From Mytilus edulis (Eukaryota), in NCBI RefSeq assembly GCF_963676685.1, contig NC_092351.1:67766001-67830000 (forward strand): 64,000 nucleotides of DNA. Direction: 5' to 3'. Made by a program: the position numbers and the translations under genes. This document shows, in pieces, positions 1 through 11,314 of this stretch; the stretch's first letter is position 1, and every line of letters begins with the position of its first letter. The notes beneath the pieces were generated by a model that was not told the origin of the DNA, did not search any database, and saw only the letters and a list, made by a program, of their open reading frames with translations.

Positions 1-92
1 TATTATTTATATAGTTTGTTAAGTTTAATCAGATCTGTTATTGTTGATGTGTATTGAGGGGTTTAGACTCCAGGTTTATGTTGTTTTAGGTT

Positions 93-188
93 GATACACT
101 GCTATATGTATATAATTAGATATTTACATCCTCCTTTTTAGATACACTGCTATATGTATATAATTAGATATTTACATCCTCCTTTTTA
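93..188 (+). repeat. Perfect 48-bp tandem duplication
   Basis: gatacactgctatatg...cctccttttta x2. Confidence 0.9.
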
Positions 189-1212
189 TTAGCTTATTTA
201 TTGATTTTAATGTGGTATATATCTGTATAATGCTAACATTAAGTAGAAGAAATAATTGTCATATTGTTTGGATACAGCTTTAAATCCGTCCTGTAATTCA
301 TATTCTATCCGAAAATTATCTGTAGCTTTTAAAAGTGTGTGTTTTGTATTGTTTTATAATTGTTTTTATGATTATATGAAATATGGAAATTTCATGCCAT
401 GTTCATATGAAATGAAATTGCTTATATATTGTAAAAGAATTCATTATTTTTTGGGATATTTATAAACTGAATCAGCTATGACCCGGTCTTTAAACAAATC
501 ACTACAGTTGTGAACATCTAAATAATGGATAGTTGATCTTGTCATTTACCAATAGGAATAACAGGATGCCTAGTTCTGAATAAGAAAGGGTAATTATAGA
601 AAATAATCAGTCACCAAACAACACATAAATTCACAAATGCATTAGTTGTTTGGTCATGAATCAAATATTTTTCCATATTTGAATTCTTTGATTAGTTATT
701 CTATAATTATCGATTCTTTTCTGTTCTTATTTAGAATAGGGCAAACTATAAGAAGAAATTCTTATTGGTTCAATTAGTTCTAAATTTTAATAAGAAAGGA
801 AAAGAAGGGATAAGATGTATTAATTCACAACAAGAATCAGAACAAACAATGGATAACCCAAAGCAAAGGAACAGTGCTTTTATTGGTGTCTTCATCTGAA
901 AATAACAGCAAGGCCTTCAACATGAAACAAAGCTTACACCACACTGCAAGTTCATGGTTGCCCATAACTCTAGGTTGAGCAAAATTCTTTGCTAGATTTC
1001 CTGAAGGCTATATCTGTACATTAAGACCAGAACTATGGGTTACACTGTCCTTTGTTGCAGTTGTATTAGAATGATCAGTGTTTTACCAGTACACCACCCC
1101 TACCCCCACTTATGATGTTATAGACTATTTATATGGTTAAATAAAAGTTTAGGAATATGAGGATTAACTTGATGAAGTGGATCTGATCAACTGGTTTTTT
1201 TTATACTTGAAA

Positions 1213-1404
1213 GAGGGGGTAGGAGGGGTCCTGATCCCCAACTCCTGGGGTAAAAAAACACGAAATCCTGAATTTAAATAAAGTTAAATCCCGGATCCCG
1301 AAATTTGAAAAAAAGAATTCCCGGATCCAGAAGGAGTAAATCCTGAAATCCCGAGCTTAAAAACACCCGATCCTGGAGTCCCAATAAAGGTCCTATCCCC
1401 CCTC
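1213..1404. mobile_element. MITE with GAGGGGG termini and 6-bp TSD (ttgaaa); internal atcccg repeats
   Basis: GAGGGGGTAGGA ... TCCTATCCCCCCTC flanked by ttgaaa on both sides. Confidence 0.75.
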
Positions 1405-2521
1405 TTGAAAGCTGTAATTCATTAACATGTTTATGCATAATTTTGAGGATAAGAGGATATTATCAAAGAACCGCGGGAATTATACATGTACTAATATGCT
1501 TTAGCTCGCCTTTTTATGTAACGTCATATCTGGAAATTTTTGTCGGGAAGATGCTCGAGAGGGTAGAAAGGAATATCCTAAATGGCAAATTCACGGGCAC
1601 TGGTGAAAAACAGGCAAATTCGTTTGAAATGAGGAACAAATATTAGAATATGTAAAAAATACACTGGCTATCAACCAATCAAAATCTGATTTTCTTATAT
1701 AAGGTGTAATTATCAAAAATATATCCTGGTCATTATGCAATCACTATGTTGTTGTTCCATGCTTACCACCCATTTTTATGTTCCTTTGAAGTAGTGTACT
1801 GAATCCATATTTACAACCCCTGTATATTGAGGTGCTATAAATCTAGTCTGTCATTTAAGGACAGTATTTATCATTCATATTGTCTTATATTGTTTTAGTT
1901 TAATTATGACTCGAAATACAAATGTTATGGATTTCGAAGCTTTAAGAATTTATGAAGTGTTTGTGTTAGCATTTGTTAGTTAAAAGATATTAATACCTTT
2001 TCATATAATATGTCCATATTGTTTGTAAAAAAATTAAATAAAAATAGATTTAAACTTATGAAATTTATTTTTTATATTTTTGACTTACTAGTTACAAATT
2101 GTCATAGTAAACTTCTTTTTTGAAAAATATTTTATTTACAATATTGTGTATCATTACAATAAAAACAATATTTTTTTAGAGGTCATATGGTCCATTCCCA
2201 AATGTCTGTTGTCTGGGTCAGTCATTGTTTACTTTTCAAAAATGTTCTCTTAAACCAGTGGACAATTTCAGCCAAACTTAAACTGAGTGATCCTTAGGAT
2301 GTCTTGTATAAAGCTTGGTTGGTTCCTGGCATTCAATCAACATGGCCATCATGGCAAAAAATGGAACACAAGGATTAAATGCATCATTTGTCTAATATCT
2401 CAAAACCCATAAAAGATTGAGAAAACAAATGCTCTGAATGTTAAAATCTACCTTCTTACCATTGTCCATAAGTTCTAAGATGACTCACTATGCCCCCCTT
2501 CAATGATGATTTTTATCAACA

Positions 2522-2800
2522 AAATAAGAAGAAGATGTGGTATGATTGCTAAAGAGACAACTTTACACCCAAGACCAAACAACACAGAAGTTAGGAACTA
2601 TAGGTCACAGTATGGCCTTAAACAATGAGCAAAACCCATACTACATAGAAAGCTATAAAAAGCAAACAGGACAAATGTAAAACAGTTCAAATGTGAAAAC
2701 TAGAGGCCTGATTTATACATGTACAAAACATCAAGCAAAATACTAAGATAATACACAGCAACAAATGACAACCACTGAGTTACTTGGGAGATGCACAGTC
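2522..2800 (+). repeat. Interspersed repeat (aagaagatgtggtatgattgc.aa.gagacaact family)
   Basis: Same motif recurs in reverse orientation at ~6950-7015 (inserted in the retroelement, taacaa duplicated) and ~3275-3310. Confidence 0.65.
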
Positions 2801-4062
2801 ATATAGAATGTTGGACTATATTTAGGTAGCCTGGCTCAAAGGGCCAAGTAAGCTTTTCTTATTACTTGGCCTCTGTGGTCATCCTTTAACTTTTTACAAA
2901 ATATTGAACCAAACTTGTACAATTATCATTTTGGGTATCAATTTTAAAAGGTGTGTCTGGCAATACTGCCTTCCAACCAACATGGCAGACAGCTTAAAAA
3001 ACAACATACAAGGGTAAAATACAAATGTTGTTTATCATCTTGAGAACGGCTTTTAAAGACAAAATTTGACAGACGCAAATTTCAGAATGTTGAGATCTAC
3101 CTACTTTTCATTTATATCACAAGTTTTACAACTGTCAGATGAATTCTAATAGGAGTCATTTCCCTTAAATGACAAATTTTACTAATTCATTTTTCATTTA
3201 TGAATATTATGTTAAAAATTATAATAGATGTATTAGTGGTAGTTGTAAACTTCAAAGTCACATGGTCTCTTGCAGAGTTTTCTCATTGGCAATTATACCA
3301 CATCTTCTTAATTTGAAACATTAGCAGCACAATTGGAGTTACTGCTCTATAATAATGATTTTTGGATAAAGATTGCATGAAGTAAGTGCAATCAAACCCT
3401 ATGGTACTCAGAGGCAGGTATTAAGGGGGGTATGCCCCCCCCCTTTTCTGGAAAAAATCTGGGTGATTATATAGGGAATAACTGAAGCATGACTGGAGCG
3501 TGGCCCCTTTTGATTGGTTGAACAGCTACTTTATTTCAGATATACACTAGCATATAGCTATAGTTCCTATGTAATTCAAATTCATAATTAATTATTTACT
3601 ATTGATAAATTAATGTGAAAAAGCAAAATACATCAATTTAATCAGTAGATAAAAATTCCATAAAATTTCTTATTATATTATGCTTGTGTAAGATAATAAA
3701 GCTAATTTGATTGCCACAATTTTTGTTCCAACTGTTCAGGGTTTGACCTCTGCGTTTGTATCAGGCTGCGCTCAGCAAAGCATTTTATTTGAAATGCTGT
3801 AACTCCAATTCATACAAATTCTAGACCTCAACAGTAAATATACCAACATATTGTTCGTTTTGATCTACACTACATTAAATTCTTCCGTTAATTTTGTGTG
3901 AAAGCTGAATGATTTAAAAGCAAATGATTAGTTGGATTTTTTTGAAAAATAATAAAAAATATGTATAAAAATGCAAGTAGACTTTATTTCACGAGTAAAA
4001 TCCAGTGTCAACCTCTCTTTCAGGTATAGAGATGTGATTTTTCTCTGAGACAAGTGTTTGTG

Positions 4063-4908
4063 CATACCTGTCAACTGACCCGTATTCTGCGGGTGTGACC
4101 CGAGATTTTCACAATTCTGAGGGATCACCCGGAACACCCGCCGGGTCATTGGAATAACCCGGGAATTCCGAAAATGACCCGATTTCACCCGTATTTCTTA
4201 GCCTTGAGTATAGTCCTTTGAAATACCGGCAAATTCGTAATTCTTCCATGAACAGGAAGTTCACCTAGCTATGTAAACTGTCAAATTAAGTGACCCATTA
4301 AGTGCATGGCTTCACTTGACAGCTTTGGTGTCAAACACACTGTTAATTAACACCAATTACCTTAGCTTTAGGTCGAAAATAAATTGCACCATTGCCAATG
4401 GCATTGGTTCACAAACTAAACTAGAGTTACTTCCCCTTATTTGTCACCATTCAAAATTATTCCTTATATTTACGTTTTATGGGTGAAAAAGATTAAATCA
4501 TAAAAATATAAAATTCAAATACATATTGAAAAATAACTTTTCATTATTTTTATACCTTTATACAATTTTTTTTTTAAAAGTTGAAAATTATTTTTTAAGA
4601 ATTATATTAAATTCTAGTGTTTGATGATTGCAGTATTTTTTTCTCAAAAAGTAAAGCACATAAGACTAAGCTACACAAATTTATAAAAATCTTTAAAAGT
4701 GCAATGAAATAATATTTAATAAGATTTAAAATGACTTAACAAAGTGAACATGCATTGATGTTTTGGTATATTTGATATACATTATAAGAAAATGTACCAT
4801 AAATACTGAAATTTAGCTCGAAAAAGTTCGTACGCGTTGTGAACTGAGATTTGATTCTTCAATGCAGGTCATGACCTGCATTTTCTTCGTCACAGGTTGA
4901 CAGGTATG
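4063..4908. mobile_element. Non-autonomous DNA transposon, TIR CATACCTGTCAAC, 7-bp TSD gtttgtg
   Basis: 13-bp perfect TIR; TSD at 4056-4062 and 4909-4915. Confidence 0.9.
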
Positions 4909-5108
4909 GTTTGTGACCATCCACAATAAAAAAAAATGCGTTCATCCCTTGTTCAGTACTTCAGTACTTTTGTTAACTTTTACAGTAAAATTGAAATGAA
5001 AAGAGTATAAAAAAAAATTGAAAGAAGTAAGCCTTAGGATGGTCAGAAAAAATATCACTAGCTGTGAAACTGGTTCGATCACAACATCAATGATGCTTTC
5101 TTTCAGTG

Positions 5109-6191
5109 TTTTTGTCGAGCCTGCAACTTTTGTTGCAGAAAGCTCGACATAGGGATAGTGATCCGGCGGCGGCGGCGGCGTTAGCTAACTTTTTAAAAGC
5201 TTTATATTTTAGAGGGTGGAAGACCTGGATGCTTCATACTTTGTATATAGATGCCTCATGTTACGAAGTTTCCGTCAGTCACATGTCAAATGTCCTTGAC
5301 CTCATTTTCATGGTTCAGTGACCACTTGAAAAAAAAGTTCAGATTTTTTGTAATGTTGAATTTTCTCTTATTATAAGTAATAGGATAATTATATTTGGTA
5401 TGTGCGTACCTTGCAAGGTCCTCGTGCCCGTCAGACAGTTTTCACTTGACCTCGACCTCATTTCATGGATCAGTGAACAAGGTTAAGTTTTGGTGGTCAA
5501 GTCCATATCCCAGATACTATAAGCAATAGGTCTAGTATATTCGGTGTATGGAAGGACTGTAAGGTGTACATGTCCAACTGGCAGGTGTCATCTGACCTTG
5601 ACCTCATTTTCATGGTTCAGTGGTTATAGTTACGTTTTTGTGTTTTGGTCTGTTTTTCTCATACTTTATGCAATAGATCTACTATATTTATTGTATGGAA
5701 TGATTGTAAGATGTACATGTCTAGCGGCAGATGTCATCTGACCTTGACCTCGTTTTTCATGGTTGAGTGGTCAAAGTTAAGTTTTTGAGTTTTGGTCTTT
5801 TTATCTAATACTATATGCCATAGGTCAACTATATTTGGTGTATGGAAATATTTTATTATCTATATGTCAGTCCCGCAGGTTTTATTTGACCTCGACCTCA
5901 TTTTCACGGTTCATTGCTCAGTGTTAAGTTTTTGTGTTTTGGTCTATTTTTCTTAAAAAAGTAATAGGTCAACTATATTTGTTGTATGGAATCATTGTTA
6001 GCTGTACATGTCTGCCTGGCATGGTTCATCTGACCTTGACCTCATTTTCATGGTTCATTGGTCTTTGTTTAATTATCTTGGTTAATGCTAAGTTTATGTG
6101 AGTTTTTAATAAAGCTTTATACTTAGGACTATCAAAATAATATCAATAATTAGTAAAGAAGGCGAGACATTTCAGCGTGTGCACTCTTGTT
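5109..6191 (+). mobile_element. Helentron-associated (HINE/DINE-1/pearl-like) element with ~146-bp internal tandem array
   Basis: T-run start, 5' hairpin (gtcgagc...gctcgac), (GGC)n microsatellite, about 6 units of tgaccttgacctcattttcatgg, 3' short hairpin then T. Confidence 0.8.
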
Positions 6192-7309
6192 GTCTATTAT
6201 CTTGAAAACTATCCTTCTTTTATTGTTTTGGACAATAACTAAAGAAATTGTAGGCTTAACATAAAAACAATGATCAGCAATTCAAGATCAACAACAAGAA
6301 TGAATTCAATTCTAGTCTACAATGTTGGAGAGCCCATTGTTGGAATTGCACATGATGTTAGGTGACTCTTTGTAGAGCTTCTATTTCTAGCAAAAAATTC
6401 TCAACTCACTGACAGTAGAAACTAAACAGCAAATAAATATCAGTAATGTAACACCTACAAATTTCAATATGATTGAAACAATTTCGACACAGTTATTGAG
6501 GATTTTTTTTAATAAATCTCAATTATCAATTTTGTCTATTATCATGTTTAAAAATTGTGAATAACAATTGTGAATAACAATTTTTTCAGTAAACAGCGAA
6601 AGTGAAAGATTTATCCTTATAACATTTATATGTGAAAATAAATTGTCAGAAGGAATCAAAGGGAGGGATTGTTCAACATATAACAATAAGCTTTGGTTTA
6701 AATAAAATAAAATGTTGAAAGAATCGCAATCTTATATTTTGACCATTGCCCAAAAACAGTAAAATTGAGAAAGAAAATGGGGAATGTGTCAAAGCGACAA
6801 CAACCTGGCCATAGAGCCGAAGGCCACCAATGGGTCTTCAATGTAGCGAGAAACTCCCGCACCTGGAGGCGTCCTTCAGATGGCCCCTCGAAAATATGTA
6901 TATACTAGTTCAGTGATAATGGACGTCAGACCATACAAGACTAACAAGTCTGTGTCATTTTGGTCTTTTGTGGATAGTTGTCTCATTGGCAATCATACCA
7001 CATCTTCTTTTTTGTATAACAAAGGCAACAGGCTCCTGATTTGGGACAGGCGCAAAATTGCAGCAGGGTTAAACATGTTTATGAGATCTCAACCCTTCCC
7101 CTATACCTCTAGCCAATGTAGAAGAGTAAACGCATAACAATACGCACATTAAAATTCAGTTCAAGAGAAGTCCGAGTCTGATGTCAGAAGATGTAACAAA
7201 AGAAAATAAACAAAATGACAGTAATACATAAATAACAACAGACTACTAGCAGTTAACTGACATGCCAGCTCCAAACCTCAATTAAACTGATTGAAAGATT
7301 ATGTCTTCA

Positions 7310-7376
7310 TCTAATGAATATCAGGCACAATCCCTCCTGTTAGGGGTTTAGTATCATACTATCATAAAATATATGA
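7310..7376 (-). promoter_or_regulatory. SECIS-like element, copy in the minus-strand retroelement (partly decayed)
   Basis: Same 67-nt architecture on the minus strand; helix I and mini-stem carry mismatches. Confidence 0.65.
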
Positions 7377-7429
7377 GAAGAACATAACCCGTGTCATGCC
7401 AACAACTGTTTTTTAAATAAATGTGTTTA

Positions 7430-8202
7430 GTTTCGATGCAAAGACCCTTAAAGTTAATCAATATTAAAGCCAAAATATGCAATCTTTAATGACCTGACAA
7501 CAGTATCGTAACTATATCCCTTCTTAATAAGTCTGTTTAAAGGTTTTGTAAGCTTTTGAGGTGAATACTGACATTTGTGTGCTTTGTAAAGAATATTACC
7601 ATAAAAGATTGGATGTGAAATACCTGAAGATGTCTGCATGTTGAGGTATTATTTACAAATTATTTCCTCATATCGATGATAAAATTTAGTAAATGTTTTG
7701 ACTAGTTTGTGATATCGAACACCCTGGTGTAATAATTTTTCAGTAATACATAAATTTCTCTCGCTAAAATCTAATACATTGTTACATACACGAGCCAATC
7801 GTACAAGTTGAGATATATAAACACCATAAGATGGTGACAAGGGAACGTCACCATCTAAAAATGGATAATTAACAATAGGAAATGAAAAATCATCTCTTTT
7901 ATCATAAATTTTTGTATTAAGCTTCCCGTTAATGATTGAGATATCAAGATCGAGGAAAGGGCAGTGGTAATTGTTAATATTAGCTTTATTTAAAGTAAGT
8001 TCAACCAGGAACATATACATATAGGTATACTGTTCCCAGGTTCAACAGGATAAATTTCTTTAGTATACATACTGAAGTCGTCATTATTGACAGCCAATAT
8101 ATCATCCAAATATCTAAAAGTATTGTTAAATTTTTGTATCAAATGTTGTTTTGATGGGTCTTTGCTAATTTTAGTCATAAATTGTAACTCATAACAATAC
8201 AA
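7430..8202 (-). pseudogene. Reverse transcriptase pseudogene fragment of the Penelope-like element
   Basis: Three consecutive broken ORFs (7990-8202, 7649-8020, 7454-7639) with YLDD motif and thumb. Confidence 0.85.
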
Positions 8203-8593
8203 GTCAGGGGCCTCTGGCCTTTGTTAGTCTTGTATTATTTTTAATTTTAGTTTCTTGTGTACAATTTGGAGTTTAGTATGGCGTTCATTATCAGAGGCGG
8301 ATTTAGGCGGGGCGGGAAAAATTTTGATTGCTTATATAGGGAATCACTGAAGCGTGACTGGAGCCCCCCCCCCTTAGGCAGTCAGTGAGCCCCCACTTAT
8401 GAAAATTTCTAGATCCGCCGGTGATTATCACTGAACTAGTATATATATTTGTTTAGGGGGCAGCTGAAGGACGCCTCCGGGTGCGGGAATTTCTCGCTGC
8501 ATTGAAGACCTGTTGGTGACCTTCTGCTGTTGTCTTCTCTGTGGTCGGGTTGTTGTCTCTTTGACAGATTCCCCATTTCCATTCTCAATTTTA
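8199..8593 (+). mobile_element. Inverted 3'-terminal segment of the same Penelope-like element, fused to its truncated 5' end
   Basis: Reverse complement of ~6760-7045 (agtcagg..cctctggcctttgttagtcttg...ccattctcaatttta), interrupted by a MITE. Confidence 0.85.
8292..8423. mobile_element. CAG(A/T)GGCGGAT-type MITE, 5-bp TSD attat
   Basis: Imperfect TIR; splits the consensus gcgttcattatcactgaactag of the host element. Confidence 0.8.
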
Positions 8594-9323
8594 TTTTGAC
8601 AGTTACAGGGTTCACTGATCTGACTCAAATTCTGATATTTATTTATAAAATACAAAAACGTATATCCAAATTACATGAAGTGTGAATAAACAATAGACAA
8701 TTTTTTACCTATAATTGTTAACTTTTTATACAAATTGTGGCTTGGATGGAGAGTTGTCACCACAGGCAGTCTTAGAAAAAAAATTCCTATATACCTTAAT
8801 ATAAGTGTTATATATAAAGGTATATAAGAATTTTTTTCTGAGACAAGTGCTTGTGGTTGTCACACTGGCCCTCAAACCACATCTTATTTATGGGTCAACG
8901 TTTCGTGTGTATTTAGTCTGATTAACCATCCAGATGACCTCTGAAGACTGCCAACAGAAATATATATAGATTGTGTCTATATTCAATTTGATTTTTCTAG
9001 GTCAGCTAGATTTCATGTTATAGATTATAAAAATGAGTGAATCAGCCGGTTTTTTTCTGTAAAAGAATGTTATTTTTCTGTCAACCAAATGGTTCACCTT
9101 TTTTTAACCTTTTTTCCACCTTTTTTCCCCTGTTAATGACTGAACACGCCTAACACATGCGTATAAACAATCTCTAGCTAAGGGGTTAAATTCAAGGTCA
9201 CAAGAAAACGGATTCAATAAGGTCAAAGTTGAATAAATCATCGGCGATGTTTTGATATCTTGGGTTTTCTTTTTAAACTGAACTCAACTACCTGCTTTAG
9301 CCTTAAATCGAATAACTATGATT

Positions 9324-9364
9324 TCACTGATGAGTCCTATGTAGACGAAACGCGCGTCTGGCGT
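9324..9364 (+). ncRNA. Type I hammerhead ribozyme, copy 1 (core intact, stem I 5' arm truncated)
   Basis: CTGATGA 9327-9333, GTC/GAC stem II, GAAA 9347-9350, palindromic ACGCGCGT stem III, GTC cleavage triplet 9356-9358. Confidence 0.85.
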
Positions 9365-9668
9365 ACTAAATTATAATCCTGGTACCTTTGATAACTATTT
9401 ACACCACTGCCACTGCTGGTGGATATTTCGTCCCCGAGGGTATCACCAGCCCAGTAGTCAACACTTCGGTGTTGACATGAATATCAATAATGTGGTCATT
9501 TTTATAAATTTCCTGTTTACAAAACTTTGAATTTTTCGAAAAAAACTAAGGATTTTCTTATCCCAGGTATAGATAACCTTAGTCGTATTTGGCACAACTT
9601 TTTGGAATTTTGGATACTCAATGCTCCTCAACTTTGTACTTATTTGGCTTTATAATATTTTGATATGA

Positions 9669-9712
9669 GCGTCACTGATGAGTCTTATGTAGACAAAACA
9701 CGCGTCTGGCGT
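9669..9712 (+). ncRNA. Type I hammerhead ribozyme, copy 2 (full stem I, G12-to-A core mutation)
   Basis: gcgtca/tggcgt stem I, CTGATGA 9675-9681, GTCT/AGAC stem II, AAAA in place of GAAA, GTC 9704-9706. Confidence 0.8.
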
Positions 9713-10571
9713 ACTAAATTATAATCTTGGTACCTTTGATAACTATTCTGTCCAAGTTTTGTAAAAATCTAGAATAGTTTATGAATCTAATAAATGTTTT
9801 AAAAGCTTTAACTACAGACTGTTACTGTATGTAATCTTAACTGGAAGAAAAACTGAGTCCATTTATAAGTAAAAAAAGGAAAAACATGTACACAATTTTA
9901 ACAAAATTTCCCGCTATAGATACTAGCTTTTGATCATAAACAAGCTTCTGTGCAAGTTTGGTACTGAAAACAGGATAGTTTAATAAAGTTAATAAGATTT
10001 AAAAAACTTTAATCTCAGAGTGAATCTAATGTTTCCTGGCAGAAAAACTAAGTCCATTTATAACTAAAATACGGAAAAAATGATTGATTTTTTATTGCAA
10101 AATTTACTTCTGGATCTTATGATCGATTTTAAAAACTTTAATCTCGGAGTGAATGTAATGGTTCCTGACAGAAAACTAAGTCCATTTATAAGTAAAATAC
10201 GAATATACATGATTATTTTTAATTTACTTCTGGATACTATCTTATGATCATAAACAAACTTCTTTCCAAGTTTGGTACACATCCAGGATAGTTTTAATAA
10301 GAAAGTTATTTAAATTTTAAAACCTTTAACCACAGAGTGAATACTTGTGGACGATGCCGGCCGACAACGACGACGAGGGAGTGCAGAATCGGTATGTCTC
10401 GCTTTTTCGACAAAAGTCGAAGGCTCGACAAATATGAAAAACGTTCACATTTGTATTATATGATTTTCTATCAGTTGTTTCTTTGTTTAAAATATTCTAA
10501 GAGTGTTAATCTATGATATGATAAGTAACATACAACTTCTCTAGAAGAAAATATCATGACTTATATCATGA

Positions 10572-11314
10572 CTTATTACGAAGGGATATAATTACGATAC
10601 TGTTGTCAAGTCATTAAAGATTGCATATTTTGGCGTTAATATTGAGTCACTGATAAGGTCTTTGCATCGGAACTAAACACATTTATTCTAAAAACAGTTG
10701 TTGGCATGACACGGGTTATGTTCTTCTCATATATGTTATGATGGTATGATACTAAACCCCTAACGGGAAGGATTGTGCCTGATGTTCATATGATGAAATC
10801 ATAATCTTTCAGTCAGTTTAGTTGAAGTCTGGAGCTGGCATGTCAGTTAACTGCTAGTAGTCTGTTGTTATTTATGTATTATTGTCATTTTGTTTATTTT
10901 CTTTGGTTACATCTTCTGACATCAGACTCGGATTTCTCTTGAACTGAATTTTAATGTGCGTATTGTTATGCGTTTACTTTACTACATTGGTTAGAGGTAT
11001 AGGGGGAGGGTTGAGATCTCACAAACATGTTTAACCCCGCCGCATTTTTGCGCCTGTCCCAAGTCAGGAGCCTCTGGCCTTTGTTAGTCTTGTATTATTT
11101 TAATTTTAGTTTCTTGTGTACAATTTGGAAATTAGTATGGCGTTCATTACCACTGGACTAGTATATATTTGTTTAGGGGCCAGCTGAAGGACGCCTCCGG
11201 GTGCGGGAATTTCTCGCTACATTGAAGACCTGTTGGTGACCCTCTGCTGTTGTTTTTTTATTTGGGCGGGTTGTTGTCTCTTTGACACATTCCCCATTTC
11301 CATTTTCAATTTTA
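10572..11314 (+). mobile_element. Second 5'-truncated copy of the Penelope-like element (ORF tail LITKGYNYDTVVKSLKIAYFGVNIESLIRSLHRN* plus 3' UTR)
   Basis: Close reverse complement of 6760-7530; stop TAA at 10674-10676. Confidence 0.88.
10727..10793 (+). promoter_or_regulatory. Type II SECIS-like element in the retroelement 3' UTR
   Basis: Helix I tcatat/atatga; core ATGAT(10738)...TGAT(10780); 11-bp helix II ggtatgatact/aggattgtgcc with one mismatch; unpaired AAA 10754-10756; apical mini-stem ccc-taac-ggg. Confidence 0.8.

Larger units (their letters stand above)
6760..8202 (-). mobile_element. 5'-truncated, decayed Penelope-like retroelement (Naiad-like): RT C-terminal half plus ~650-bp 3' UTR
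   Basis: Minus-strand frames give FRYLDDIL, CPFLDL, IYDKRDDFSFPIVNYPFL...SYGVYISQLVR; disrupted by an insertion and frameshifts; no C-terminal GIY-YIG before the ORF end. Confidence 0.85.
9323..9747 (+). mobile_element. Non-LTR retrozyme unit (348-nt period, bounded by two type I hammerhead motifs)
   Basis: ~75-nt direct repeats at 9324 and 9672, each containing CTGATGA-stem II-(G/A)AAAC-loop-GTC. Confidence 0.88.
9190..10432 (-). mobile_element. Minus-strand HINE-like element hosting the retrozyme
   Basis: Its 5' end (tttgtcgagccttcgacttttgtcgaaaaagcgagacat, then GTC repeats) resembles the 5109 element; internal repeats gaaaaactaagtccatttata; left boundary uncertain. Confidence 0.6.

Noticed and set aside
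1000-1085. Short minus-strand open frame (NTDHSNTTATKDSVTHSSGLNVQI*) as a terminal exon of a neighbouring gene
   Set aside because: No convincing acceptor and no recognisable homology.
8428-8655. 75-aa ORF with KIENGNGESVKETTTRP
   Set aside because: Antisense reading of the retroelement 3' terminus; similar peptides recur wherever this repeat occurs (e.g. 60822-61013).
10648-10676. cactgataag...ggaac as a hammerhead core
   Set aside because: No CUGANGA/GAAA match; it is the last codons of the retroelement ORF.
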